A DNA stretch of 39,492 nucleotides from Octopus bimaculoides (lineage: Eukaryota): contig NC_068987.1 of the NCBI RefSeq assembly GCF_001194135.2, positions 27,928,427-27,967,918 of the forward strand, written 5' to 3'. This document shows positions 1 to 11,129 of this stretch, piece after piece. The notes under the pieces were generated by a model. The model worked only from the letters and a program-made list of their open reading frames with translations, did not search any database and had not been told where the DNA came from. A program made the position numbers and the translations under genes. Every line of letters begins with the position of its first letter. Within the stretch, counting starts at the first letter, position 1.

Positions 1-138
1 TTTTCCCAAAGATTAAATTGCAATAATTAAATTATTGTACTGGGCAAAATCTCATCAGAGGAGTAGGAAAGACATACCGTTAGGTTATTGGATGTTATAT
101 TTCAAAATCATCTCAACAAACTGAATATGATTTAGTTG

Positions 139-648
139 CTCTGTTTGTGGCTAAGAATTATTTTGACTCTTATTTCTACCAATGCTGGTACTGACTTGCA
201 CACTTAGTCACTTTTAGTGAGGATTGTATTTGTACCTTTTGGTTTTAAATTGTGTCTAGCTACTTTATTAATTTTGTAATTTTCACTTTACCATTTTACT
301 GAATCAGCCACTGATTCCTATGGTATATTCTATAAACTGACAAGTCGATTCAACTTACTCATCGGCAACGGAGCAGAGTCACCGATGAGGATTAATTCTA
401 TCCGAAATCGGCCGGCCGTTCTGACGCCCTCACTTGCTATATGGAGGCTGTCTCCCTTGTCAGTGAATAGAAAGTGCTGTTAAACAGTAAATACTCTGAT
501 TGTGGCTAAGAGGTATTTTGACTCTTATTTCTAGCAATGCTGGTGTTGACTTGCACCCTTAGTCACTTCTAGTGTATTGCTTTTGCGCCTTTTGGTATTT
601 GTATTTATACCTTTTGGTTTTAAATTACGTCTTGCCACTTTAATAATT
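139..648 (+). mobile_element. Retrozyme-like / Penelope pseudo-LTR tandem unit: 355-nt monomer (139-493) plus partial second copy (494-648)
   Basis: 139-273 is repeated at 494-648 (CTCTGwTTGTGGCTAAGA..TATTTTGACTCTTATTTCTA.CAATGCTGGT..TGACTTGCAC.CTTAGTCACTT.TAGTG...CCTTTTGGTTTTAAATT), offset 355 nt. A hammerhead motif lies between the copies. Confidence 0.6.
371..431 (+). ncRNA. Type I hammerhead ribozyme motif (U4C core variant, palindromic stem III)
   Basis: Stem I GAG-CAGA-GTCA (371-381) / TGAC-GCC-CTC (422-431); core CCGATGA 382-388; stem II GGAT/ATCC 389-403; GAAA 404-407; palindrome CGGCCGGCCG 409-418; UH = TC 420-421. Confidence 0.6.
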
Positions 649-1739
649 ATATACATAAATAGCGTGAGAGAAAAAAGATAGATAAATAAAAACAATATAT
701 TATTGATATTATGTATATTATATTTATGTTTATTTAATCGTATTAAAGTGTATTATAGAAACGTGTATGTTATATGATTATTGCATACACATATAACACA
801 CATTTACGTATTTTATATAATATATATTTATCATATATGTATCTATTTATAAATATATATATGTGGATTATGTTTATATATATATGCATGTTTACGAATA
901 TGCCTATATATATAATATATTTTTAATTGGTGAAGAGTAGGTAGTGAAAGCGAGGTTTAATGCCACTTAAACATTATATTAATTTCAATTGTTTATGGAG
1001 TAGATTGTAATATAATTTCAAATACAAGGAGATTTAACATAATTAGATGGAATAAAATAATTAGTCAGTATGCATGTGGAAGATGCAATATTTGATTACG
1101 TTATCGGCCTCTAGAAGGAAAGGTAACGAGCATTTGAAAAAGCTGATTGATTTTAATTATCTAGCAACTAATTTACAGAATTTAACATCATGGAAAGCCA
1201 TAACAAGATCATTTTGTCTACTTCTCTATCATAATTTTCACCATCTTAACTGTGAACATTTGTATAGTATCGCTATCATTGTTCTCATTATCACACTAAG
1301 CAATCTTGTCATCTTTATGATTAACATTGTCAAAATCGCTATCTTTGCCTGTTGTTATTGTTGTTATAGCACAATATGATAAATTTTCCTCAGAGCATCC
1401 AGCAGCAAATGATACAAAGTAACTCACAAAAATCAAACGTGCTATAACAGCTTGTAAAACTTTAGATACATGTATGAAGTTGATAAGCAAAATGATTTTT
1501 CCGTCGTCAAAGCTGCATATTATAAAGTATGAAGTAAAATTGAGAAATGAAATTGGGGAAGATACGATTGTGTGATTCAGAAGTTTGCGTCGTAGCATTG
1601 TGTTGCTGGCCTCCATCTAACGGCGACTGTCTTTTACCAGTCTTCTAAACCGATCAATGCATTCTATGTGGGATCTTTTAGACGTAAACTGGGAAAAGTC
1701 TTGTTGCATTTTACAGATATGTGTGTATGTATTTGTGTG

Positions 1740-1890
1740 TGCCTGCATTGGTATAAGAGTTTTGCTTCTTAACCACATGGTTCAGGGTTCGATCCCACTG
1801 CAGCGCACCTAGAGCAAGTGTCTTCTGTTAAAACCTTGTGTGTGGATTTGGTAAACGGAACCTGAAAGAAGCCCGTCGTATATATATTTA
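1740..1890 (+). mobile_element. SINE family 1, 5' half (tRNA-like head)
   Basis: AACCACATGGTTCAGGGTTCGATCCCACTG...GAAAGAAGCCCGTCGTATATAT matches the copy at 35876-36285. Confidence 0.8.
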
Positions 1891-2034
1891 ATTTCTGTTC
1901 CAACTGACTTCATGTTATGTGTAATGATGTACTTTTGTATGCTAATTTTTTTCATGAAATTCATTTCCACCAGAAATCAATAAATAAAAAGTTAATGGCT
2001 TTAAAAGTTTGCAAATTTTGGGTAATTTTAGGCA

Positions 2035-2076
2035 ACCGGAAATCACAGATGCATTCATGCCTGTTTCTATAGTAAC
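2035..2076. promoter_or_regulatory. Candidate promoter motifs: ETS site (ACCGGAAAT 2035-2043) and RFX X-box (GTTTCTATAGTAAC 2063-2076)
   Basis: 14-mer fits the X-box consensus GTYNCYATRGNAAC exactly, 20 bp from an ETS core and upstream of + strand exon candidates. Motif match only. Confidence 0.4.
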
Positions 2077-2214
2077 AAACCCAGCTGTTACTAAGCTGCT
2101 TACTTACACGGTCATTTTCGCTTATTAGATGGTGGTTGTGAGAAGTGCTAAAACTAATAGCTATATAGGCCTTAAATCACGCACTGTTTTTGTTTTTTTG
2201 CATTCTCGTGTGAT

Positions 2215-2960
2215 TTTTTGCAAACAACTTGCAGGTGCAAGTGCTACCGGTTGAAAGCTCCACATACCAGATGCTAGCAACTTTATGAAGTCATCAGAAG
2301 AGAATGCGCGCCGCTTCGGAGCCTACCTCTCCACGGCATCATTGCGCACCGGCCCCACCTCACTGAAAATCGGCCCTGCTTGCTAGATCAGCTGGTTATC
2401 TGGTTTCGCTCAATATTCTTCTAGTTATTGTTTATCGTCTTATTTTAACTAAATCCAGTGGTTTGCCTATTCATCTGTTGTTTGGAAATTATTCATGGTG
2501 GTATTTGCTTTAAGATAAGTTTAGCCTAGCAATAACAACAGTCGCTTCACACTTTGTCCAACCAATCTTCTACATCCAAATTCGATTTGAAAATGCTCCG
2601 CTTTCCAGTCTACATCTTAACATTAATCGAGGAGGTTTTATAACGGTCAATCCTTCGAGCCCGAGCGGCGTCCATGTTATCTTCATGAGGAACCCTTAAC
2701 TCGAGGGCTTATATGGCGTGCGTAAAATAGAAATCCACCAATATTTCATTTGTTTACAGTTGACACCACGTATTGTCATGTACAAATTCACAGCTTCCAA
2801 TTCCTGTTTGCAGACTGAGTAAAAATGATTAAAGTTTAAACTTTTGTAACTGTTTTTCAAGCCCTGTTCAATCCACTGCAGGACGAAGGCCTCAGCATTT
2901 TCTTTCCACCCGACCACGGTTCAATGCGGATGCCGTGAATAGAGCTTATGTGAAGTTAAA
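2215..2960 (-). mobile_element. HERO/NeSL-like (R2-group, restriction-like endonuclease) non-LTR retrotransposon 3' remnant
   Basis: Broken minus-strand frames give ALELRVPHEDNMDAARARRIDRYK, DWKAEHFQIEFGCRRLVGQSVKRLLLLLG and TTDE*ANHWI*LK. These match the ELTVPWE..A..RK..KY / W....IEVGCRGF / EKASHWIWLKR motifs of REL-endonuclease elements. Ends in GCAAAAAA. Confidence 0.75.
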
Positions 2961-3865
2961 ATCAGTCTCAAGTCTTCAGACTCATAAGACTGGTTTTTAT
3001 TCCAGTTGCCGTGGCGTTGAACTATCTGACAATTAGTTGAAGAATACAGGTAGCTGTATACCTTTCTGTGAAATATTCAACAATTTTGCTAGTTCAATGA
3101 GTTGATTGTCCAGTAGAACAACTGGACAGTCATACGTCAGGATTGATGTGAGAGTCCATCATATATGGATATATTTGCGTGTGTGTGTGGTGTGTGTGTG
3201 TATGTGTGTGCATGGAGGGGGTGCAGAGGTATGTGTAGATGTATACACCGGAGGAATTAACGAGGATAATAATTCTACTTGAATCTATTGGTATCTGATT
3301 GTTTGATACAGTTAGCTAAGTTGCTTAACCACTGCATGCTTACAAGATATCTACCTTGATTTATTCATCTGTATTACTGGTTATTATGTGTGTATGTGTG
3401 TCTACACAGGCGTACACATACAAACCTCTAGAATATCGTATTCGAGCACAGGTCAAATTTTCACAGGATTGCTAGATAGAAATTTAAAATATAGTCAAAG
3501 CTACGTCTCTATTTACTTAAGAATAAATTTGAAGAATTCGGAACTTATTTCTCTGTGTGTTTGTATATGAGGGAGGTGCGTGTGTGATGGTAAACTCAAG
3601 TATTCATTGAATTGTACTAATACAACATTCAATACCAGTAGAACTAAAAGTCAATACCTCGAGTGGTGTTTAAATTACAATGCTCTCCAGACCTATGAGG
3701 TTGTGATTTACGGACATTATAATTACTTCTACACGTTTAATGTTATAATTTTATTCTTCTTTTCAGAAGAGAATTATTTACCAGCGGCGGTATAATGTGA
3801 AGAATCCATTTCTGCGACATATATATTTATATGTATTTGTGCGTATGCGTGTGTTTGCTTTGAAT

Positions 3866-3898
<33 letters not shown>

Positions 3899-4214
3899 TT
3901 TGTATGTAAGCATGCATCATATCGTATGAACTGTAAAAGTCGTTGCTTGAAGTCATATCTTGCAGAAAAATACCTTTTGTCAAATATTAATATGTTCAAT
4001 TCTTTACAAAAGCTGATGTGCTACCTTACGATCTAACCATGAGAATGTAATCTGCTTCTTTGCTTCAGGCAAGTTTTTGTAGCAAATATTTCGAGAGTTT
4101 TCAAGAATTACTGATTATAGCTTGAAATGGTTAGTAAGCTACATCAAAATTTGCTGATGTGTAGCCAAAAACTGGCTGAAATATGTTGTATATTTTTCTT
4201 TCTTTTATGAATAG

Positions 4215-4253
4215 AATTACAAAATACAAGAACCACAGAACAAATGGATTCAG
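4215..4253 (+). CDS. Candidate exon of an unidentified + strand gene ((E)LQNTRTTEQMDS; could contain the start ATG at 4244)
   Basis: Pyrimidine tract + AG at 4213-4214, strong donor CAG|GTGAGT, 39 bp, open in phase 1-1. Confidence 0.4.
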
Positions 4254-4461
4254 GTGAGTTGAAATAGAACATAAGTAATGACCAAAGGATTTTCAATCAT
4301 TTATCTGTCAATTTCCTTAGCTGGTATGAAACTATAAGTCATGGAGCAATGGTAATCAACTTAAACACTTCAATAAATGTACACTACCAACAGCTGAGAG
4401 CTTTTTGTATTTTTTTAAAAGTGGCCATTTGTAAACTATTGTAACACACGGGTATATGTAG

Positions 4462-4562
4462 TCGCTTGCACAACCATGTGGTTAAGAGCTTCACATTGCA
4501 AAATGTAGCTTCTGAATTCGATCCAACTACATGTCATCTAGGGTAAATACCTTGCACTATAG
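4462..4562 (+). mobile_element. SINE family 1 head, degenerate
   Basis: ATGTGGTTAAGAGCTTCAC...TCTGAATTCGATCCAACTAC...GGGTAAATACCTTGCACTATAG resembles the family head. Confidence 0.55.
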
Positions 4563-7329
4563 TTTCAGCTTCATACATCAATTAATCACTACTTGTATAA
4601 CATCAATAACATATTCAATGCTAGTGGCAAATCAGCCTCTTCAGCATCAGTCTTCAGAAGCAATAAAGTTATGACACGTTTTACATCAATTTATCAGATG
4701 TAGTATATTTAACCTTCTCTTTTGTAGTTGTACTTGTACTTCTAGTGCCTTTGGTCAAGTATAAAAACTACTATTATTGTTGTCTAGTCACAAGTGCAAA
4801 CATATTGAGTTGATTTACAATGAAAGGTTTTCTTCCCAACCATAACAATCCAATCTGCTCCCCACAACTTCTGTATATTTTGATTGAGATTTACTAGATA
4901 TTTCTCTGTGACCAATTGATTCTGTAGAGGCCTCTACTTTAGCATATGATTACTCTTGTGGTGGTGTAGCTGCAAGCCCATTTACAAATGCATCTACCTA
5001 ATTTGATATGGTTAATACTGATGATTTATAACAGGCTATGTTTTTTACTATTATTTTTAAGTTACCAATAACAAATGTCACTTATTGGTTAACGTATACC
5101 AAGTTTTTCAAATTTTCATCTCTTGTTTCTTTTAAACCTGTTAATTCTCTTTTTTATCAGTAAAATCAAAATAACTGAGTAAAATCATTATTTTATTCAA
5201 ATCCTAACAGATTTAGAAGTTTCTACTTTTCTGCTTAAAATAATGCAAAGAGAAATCTTGTTTACTTTGAAGATAGTTGGCTAATAAATTGTTTGTTTGT
5301 AAAATATCCAATGAAAATAAACAAATTGATTACTTGATTGCAATTACTGTAGCAACAAAATATTGGGAAAAAAAACTGAGATGCCACTAGATGCATAATG
5401 TGACCATAAGAATATTTAACAAGTCGTTTTTTTTTTTTGTTAGAGAATGTGTTTGATTAAGTAAAAGGAAACTTCAATCATTTACAGTATTTAATATCTA
5501 AGGTGATTTGGACATTTAATGTAAAATAGATCAGAGAGAGAGAGAGAGAGATTAGTCATTCAGTATTTGATTGTATTAATTAGAGATAAATTGAGGAGAA
5601 TAGTTTTACATTCAAGCAACTTCACTAGATGAAACTGTTAAAGATTCACAGACGTGAATATCTATGACCTTTAAATAATGTGAGTTAAAATATACATATA
5701 ATCATTCAGGATATTGTTTATAATTTAATCGCAACATATACTGAATATCATATATTGGTCAAATTACCAATTCTATTTTTGTATTTCTTACAACAGTAAT
5801 TCAAAATGTTTTATTACATCATACATTATATATAGGTTATTTGGCTTTTCATGTACTGTTCTTCATTGTGAAATAGTCATAGTGGGTGCGAGTTTTATCT
5901 TTCAATACTAATTAAAAAATAAAGGTATGACATAATATAAGAAACATTATTTCTACAGGAAGATTTTCTATAAATAGCAGATAACTTTTTGCTTGGTGTA
6001 ACTGTTTTAGGTCAATATAACTAAATACATATTTTTACTAACTGTAGATTAGGCGTCATTCCAAAATGCAGCACTAGAGGAATTATGCAAAAAAATAATA
6101 ATAATTGCATATTCAATATTCATCATTTCCAAGAAAGACTCATTAAACACAAGTGTCCCTTTTAATAATAAAATTGGTAGTTATAAATTGCAAAATTTGT
6201 GCTCCATTTGGAATGAAAAACAAATACCTTACACTCAATGACCAATGTGATTAAAGTCAGCATTCTTATAACAATTCATACTTTAAAAACATAAATAAAA
6301 TTAGGGTAATTATCTGTATAACTGTTGTGCTAATTAACAATTTGCACAACAGCAATCAATACCACCACCAGGAGCACAAACTCAATAAAAGCTAATCTAT
6401 CTACAATTTTAATAACTTTCCTCTATATTTCCATATGTTTTCCATATCCTTTGTTTCTATGAATAGTCATGTTTCAGAGCCCAAAAGCATCAATTGAAAT
6501 GGAGACAAAATGAATGTTGAAAAAAAAATCCTGTGTTAAATTAACCATCAAATAGTTACCTCAGCAGACTGAGTCAACCATTTTATTCCATGAAGATTAG
6601 ATAAAAAGAAATTTAAATTATTCACAGTATTTTACAACTTTATGATTAGTCATATAGTTTCAAATGTGTTTGAAAGAAATTGTCCATTGAGCACTAAATG
6701 AATTAATTAGAAAGCTATGTGCAATAAGAGAGACTAGTGAAATGAGGAATTGAGAATTAGGCAAGTTTATCAGATACAACTGTTTAGGATTACATTATGT
6801 TGTGAACATATGCCTGTTTCAAGCTTATGCAATGGGAAACTTTGCTAGCATGCATCTAATTAGATAAAATATCTTTCAAAGTTTAATCATCAGAAATAAG
6901 ACTGGGTGTATCCACAAGGCAAGACCATAAGGAAAAGCAGAACATTGTGCGAGTGTGTTTACCTGGGTGTGTGAGCATGTTCATGTGTGTGTATATGTGA
7001 GTATGTATATGTGAGTATGTTTATATGTGTGTGCAAGCGTATGTGTGAGTTATAATATAAACATCTGCATCACTTCTGAAATACATTAAATTTTGGTATA
7101 GAAACTTTTAAGAGACTAACTGACATATATTATCATGTTAGCTTCATTGGAATGTATTTGAAATATTGCTAGAACTAAATCATATTGTTTAGCATGTGCA
7201 TCCACCAATTCAATAAGGAAATCTAAATAACCAGTCTCCGATTTAGATATAGATATATAAAATTTCTAACTTTATAAATAACCAATTCAAATCTGACAAG
7301 GAAAATAAGTTGAATACAATTTCAAAATT

Positions 7330-7592
7330 AACATTAGTTTTGTGATCTCTCTTACCAAACTTGAATTCAGGTAAATTAAATACTGATTTCAAATTATGGC
7401 ACAAGGCCAGCAATTTCGAGGAAGTGGGTAAGGCGATAACATTGACCCCAGTGCTTGACTGATACTTATTTCATCAACCCCAAAAGGATTAAAGGCAAAG
7501 TTGACCTCAGCAGAATTTGAACTCAGAACATGAAGATGTGTGAAATGTTGCTAATCATTTTACCTGGCTTGCTAACAATTCTGCCAGCCCAT
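7330..7592 (-). mobile_element. SINE family 3 (tRNA-derived, RTE-like tail)
   Basis: GGCACAAGGCCAGCAATTT...GACCCCAGTGCTTGACTGATACTTATTTCATCAACCCCAAAAGGATTAAAGGCAAAGTTGACCTCAGCAGAATTTGAACTC; the reverse complement has a B-box-like GAGTTCAAATTC. Confidence 0.7.
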
Positions 7593-7699
7593 TACATGAG
7601 ATGACTTAAATATTTAGGGGTTGATTTCTTTGCTCATCTTTTCCTCTATGTTTTAGTCAGAGAATGAATGGTGGCTTTCATTGCCTTTACTTTTTTCAG

Positions 7700-7786
7700 G
7701 ATCTCAGACACTACAAGCAGCCTGATATCGTCAGGCCGAAAATTACATTGAAGACTCCCATGGGCCAGGTGTTGGTGTTTAATCAG
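7700..7786 (+). CDS. Internal coding exon of an unidentified gene (DLRHYKQPDIVRPKITLKTPMGQVLVFNQ)
   Basis: CTTTACTTTTTTCAG acceptor, CAG|GTGAAA donor, 87 bp phase 0-0, the only open frame, balanced GC against AT-rich flanks, protein-like composition. Confidence 0.7.
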
Positions 7787-8600
7787 GTGAAAGATTATGA
7801 CTATCACCCAGAAGTTGTTAGAACTCAGTCATACATTAACAGACAGTCTCTACTGTTATGAAGTTAATTAACATTTCTATGTTAACTTGTTCTAAAGCTT
7901 AAATCAAGTGTGTAATTAATAATTCAAGATTTCTGTTGGTATGTATTATACAACATACATAAATAATCTAACAAATAAAATTAAAACTTTTTTTTCTTGT
8001 GGTATTAGTTCTTACACAAAGATATACATACAAAATTAATTGCTAGATTCAAATGTATATTTATGATAAAATAATTAATTAATATGAGTATGGGGATATG
8101 AATAATCAATAAAATCAATAAATAGCACTCTCTGTTACAACTCTTCTAATTTAAGCATTAATTCAAAGAAACAATGTATCAAGTAATATTAGTTGGTTCT
8201 ATTGTTTGATATGGTATAAAATAAAAACACAGAGGAGTATTTAAAACTTCAAATTGATCACCAACATGATTTTACTTGTATCAAAATAACCAGTAGTAAA
8301 CTTTAATGACAATATCATTAAATGCGCAATCAAAAACTTTCTTCAGTTACCAATGATCTACTATTAAAATAACTAGCATTACTACCATTTCAATCGATGG
8401 CCTCCAAATTGGACATAAATATATTATAAAAGTACTTAGAATTGTTCAAATTATTATAGTCATCTTTTCTATTTTCATGTTTTTTTCTCTGATAGGTGTC
8501 TTCATTGACTATCTTCAGTTCTGGTTGGTACTCTTCTATATATATGACATGTAGCAGAATTCAGCTCCCAAATTTATAGTCAAATTTCTACTATAACATA

Positions 8601-8877
8601 GGCACAGATGTGGCTATGTGGTAAGAAGCTTGCTTCCCAACAACATGGTCCCAGGTTCAGACCCACTGCATAGCACTTTCGGAAAATGTCTTCTACTACA
8701 GCCTCGGGCCAATCAAAACTTGTGAGTGGATTTAGTAAGAAGAAGCTAAAAGAAGACCATTGTATATATGTTTGTGTGTGTGTGTGTGTGTGTATTCTAC
8801 CATCACTTGACAACTTATGTTGATGTGTTTACATCCCCACAACTTAGCAGTTCGCCAAAAACAGAATAAGTACAAGG
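8601..8877 (+). mobile_element. SINE family 1, 3'-truncated
   Basis: GGCACAGATGTGGCTATGTGGTAAGAAGC head, (TG)n middle, CTTGACAAC...AACTTAGCAGTTCG tail. Confidence 0.85.
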
Positions 8878-9444
8878 TAATTAATAACTAAATTAAACTT
8901 GTAAAACTTGATTAAAACAAAATATTAATACATCAGCCCAACCATTTATCACCACACACACTACACATATAACAATTCATATGTTTTTAAATATATAGAA
9001 CCAGAAGAACTGTTGTTAACATGAACTGCCACCACCTATTAGACTCAATAAAAGTTATTCTATCTACACTTCTACTAACTCACCAGAAGATTTCTATAAT
9101 CTTTTCAACTGTTTTATTTGTATGAAGAGTAGTGTTTCAGAAGCCAACCTCATCAATTTAAGCATGGACAAGATAAATGTTGAAAACAAATTATTTTGTT
9201 ATGTTGTAAGTAATTTAGTACAAGATATGTCAGCAAAGACACTATTGCTAACCGACTGTTTGATTCCATGTATTCTAAGAATGTCTGCTACAAGTCTATA
9301 AAATATATTCCAGTCAGAAAATAGTAAATGGTCACTCACTAAAGTGATGTTTAGCTGTCAAAATGACCAACCTACAATCAAGCTAATGGCAAACTGTAGT
9401 ATGAGATTTCCATAAATATATTCCAAAGAAATTGATTCTCCTAG

Positions 9445-9630
9445 GAAACAAAATATCACGTATATAATAATAATGATGTTGATGAAAATGATGATGATGA
9501 AGAAGTGGAGGAGGATTATAATAAAAATAACAAAATTATCTCCTTTATTGGTCTCCAGGACATTAGGAGAATAGAACATTACAAAACAAAAAGATGGAGA
9601 GGAAAACATAAAGAAAGAGAGCGAAATTAA
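9445..9630 (+). CDS. Possible terminal exon (ETKYHVYNNNDVDENDDDEEVEED...KERERN*)
   Basis: TTCTCCTAG acceptor, 61 open codons, phase-compatible with the 7700-7786 exon, AATAAA at 9768. Part of it is low-complexity (AAT/GAT), so it may be chance. Confidence 0.3.
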   Translation, partial: ETKYHVYNNNDVDENDDDEEVEEDYNKNNKIISFIGLQDIRRIEHYKTKRWRGKHKERERN

Positions 9631-9889
9631 TTTAAAATCATATTTCCGTATACTCAAGTTATTGGGTTGTACTCAGTTATGGCGTGAAAGCATGGAGTAA
9701 TAATTAGTGAATCGAAATGAATAATACCAAAAGACATGTTAATGCTGACCACCTACCCATATTAAGCAATAAAAGGAACAATGAGCCAGAGGTCAATGCT
9801 GTCACTGTGTCCAAAACACTATTAAAACTTTGATATAAATTCAACACATATAATGGATGTTTAAAACTCTAATTTCTTAATGATTTTCT

Positions 9890-10306
9890 CTTATTTCTTC
9901 CAGTCGTTAGACTGCAGTCATGCTGGGGCACCACTTTGAGGAATTTGCTGTCGAATGAATCGACACCAGTGCTTTATTTTTTTAAGACTGATACTTATTC
10001 TATTGATCTCTCTTACCAAACTGCCCAATTACATGGATGTGAACATACCAACACCAGTTGTCAAGTAATGGTAGTGTGCAAACACAGACATAAACACACA
10101 CACACACACACACACACATACATACACATACATACATATATATATGATTTATTCCAGTTTCTGTCTGCAAAATCCCCTCACAATGGTGTCGGTCACCCTG
10201 AGGTTTATAGCAGAAGATATTTGCCCAAGGTTTCACACAGTGGGACTGAACCCAGAACCATGTGCTTAGGAAGCAAACTCCTTACCACACAGCAACACCT
10301 GTACCT
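9890..10306 (-). mobile_element. SINE family 1, diverged full-length copy
   Basis: Reverse complement of the family sequence with an internal (CA)n tract. Confidence 0.85.
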
Positions 10307-10415
10307 ATGTATAATTTTTAAAATGACTAACAAATAGAGTAATTTACATACAGTTGGTGAAAACACACCTACTAGGTTAAGTCAGAGCACCCACAATGTA
10401 GGCTACCTGTCATAC

Positions 10416-10479
10416 CTGAAGACTTATACCCTGAAGGTGTCCACGAGTGTTTTTGGTGTTAGTACAAACAGTAAAAAGT
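10416..10479 (-). CDS. Weak candidate exon on - strand (LFTVCTNTKNTRGHLQGISLQ)
   Basis: TTTTGTAG acceptor and CAG|GTATGA donor, one open frame (phase 2-0). No homology recognised. Confidence 0.2.
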
Positions 10480-10515
10480 CTACAAAATATGTCCTATATT
10501 TTCTTGGTTGTTGTA

Positions 10516-10891
10516 TACTCTTTTGCTCTTTTACTCTTTTACTTGTTTCAGTCATTTGACTGCGGCCATGCTGGAGCACCGCCTTTAGTCGAGCAAAGCG
10601 ACCCCAGGACGTATTCTTTGTAAGCCTAGTACTTATTCTATCGGTCTCTTTTTGCCGAACCGCTAAGTTATGGGTACGCAAACCAGCATCAGTTGTCAAG
10701 CGATAGTGGAGGGACAAACACAGACACACGGCAGGCTTCTTTCAGTTTCCATCTACCAAATCCACTCACAAGGCTTTGGATGGCCCGAGGCTATAGTAGA
10801 AGACACTTGCCCAAGGTGCCACTCAGTGGGACTGAACCCGGAACCATGTGGTCGGTAAGCAAGCTACTTACCACACAGCCACTCCTGTGCC
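10516..10891 (-). mobile_element. SINE family 1, young full-length copy
   Basis: (TACTCTTT)n tail, body and tRNA-like head (A box TGGCTGTGTGG, B box GGTTCAGTCCC on - strand); CpGs retained. Confidence 0.9.
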
Positions 10892-11129
10892 TGTATATTA
10901 GCTAATCATAAACTACTAGTATGGTTATCACCAGAAGTCTTTCATTTTAGTGTTCCATAAAATCAGAACCCATCTCCTCCTCAATTAAAATCTTACAACT
11001 CCCATCCTCTTCCTTCAGCTCATTCAGTAGTGCTATCAGTTTGTTGCTTTTTGAAGTAAATACAATGAATTTCACATCACCTGAGGAGGATGCACATATC
11101 TTCATGACAACAACGGTGAAGATGAAAAC

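Noticed and set aside
2215-2960. CpG-island promoter or first coding exon (ORF 2696-2917)
   Set aside because: The CpG richness and ORF are explained by a HERO-like retrotransposon remnant with a second copy at 27.6-27.9 kb.
4600-5000. Protein-like - strand frames (VDAFVNGLAATPPQE*, SYAKVEASTESIGHRE...)
   Set aside because: Several in-frame stops, no usable splice sites and no recognisable family.
6860-6897. CTGATGA...GAAA-GATA(TTT)TATC-TA on - strand, hammerhead-like
   Set aside because: Stem III forms, but stem II (TTAAACTTT) and stem I cannot pair; expected by chance in AT-rich DNA.
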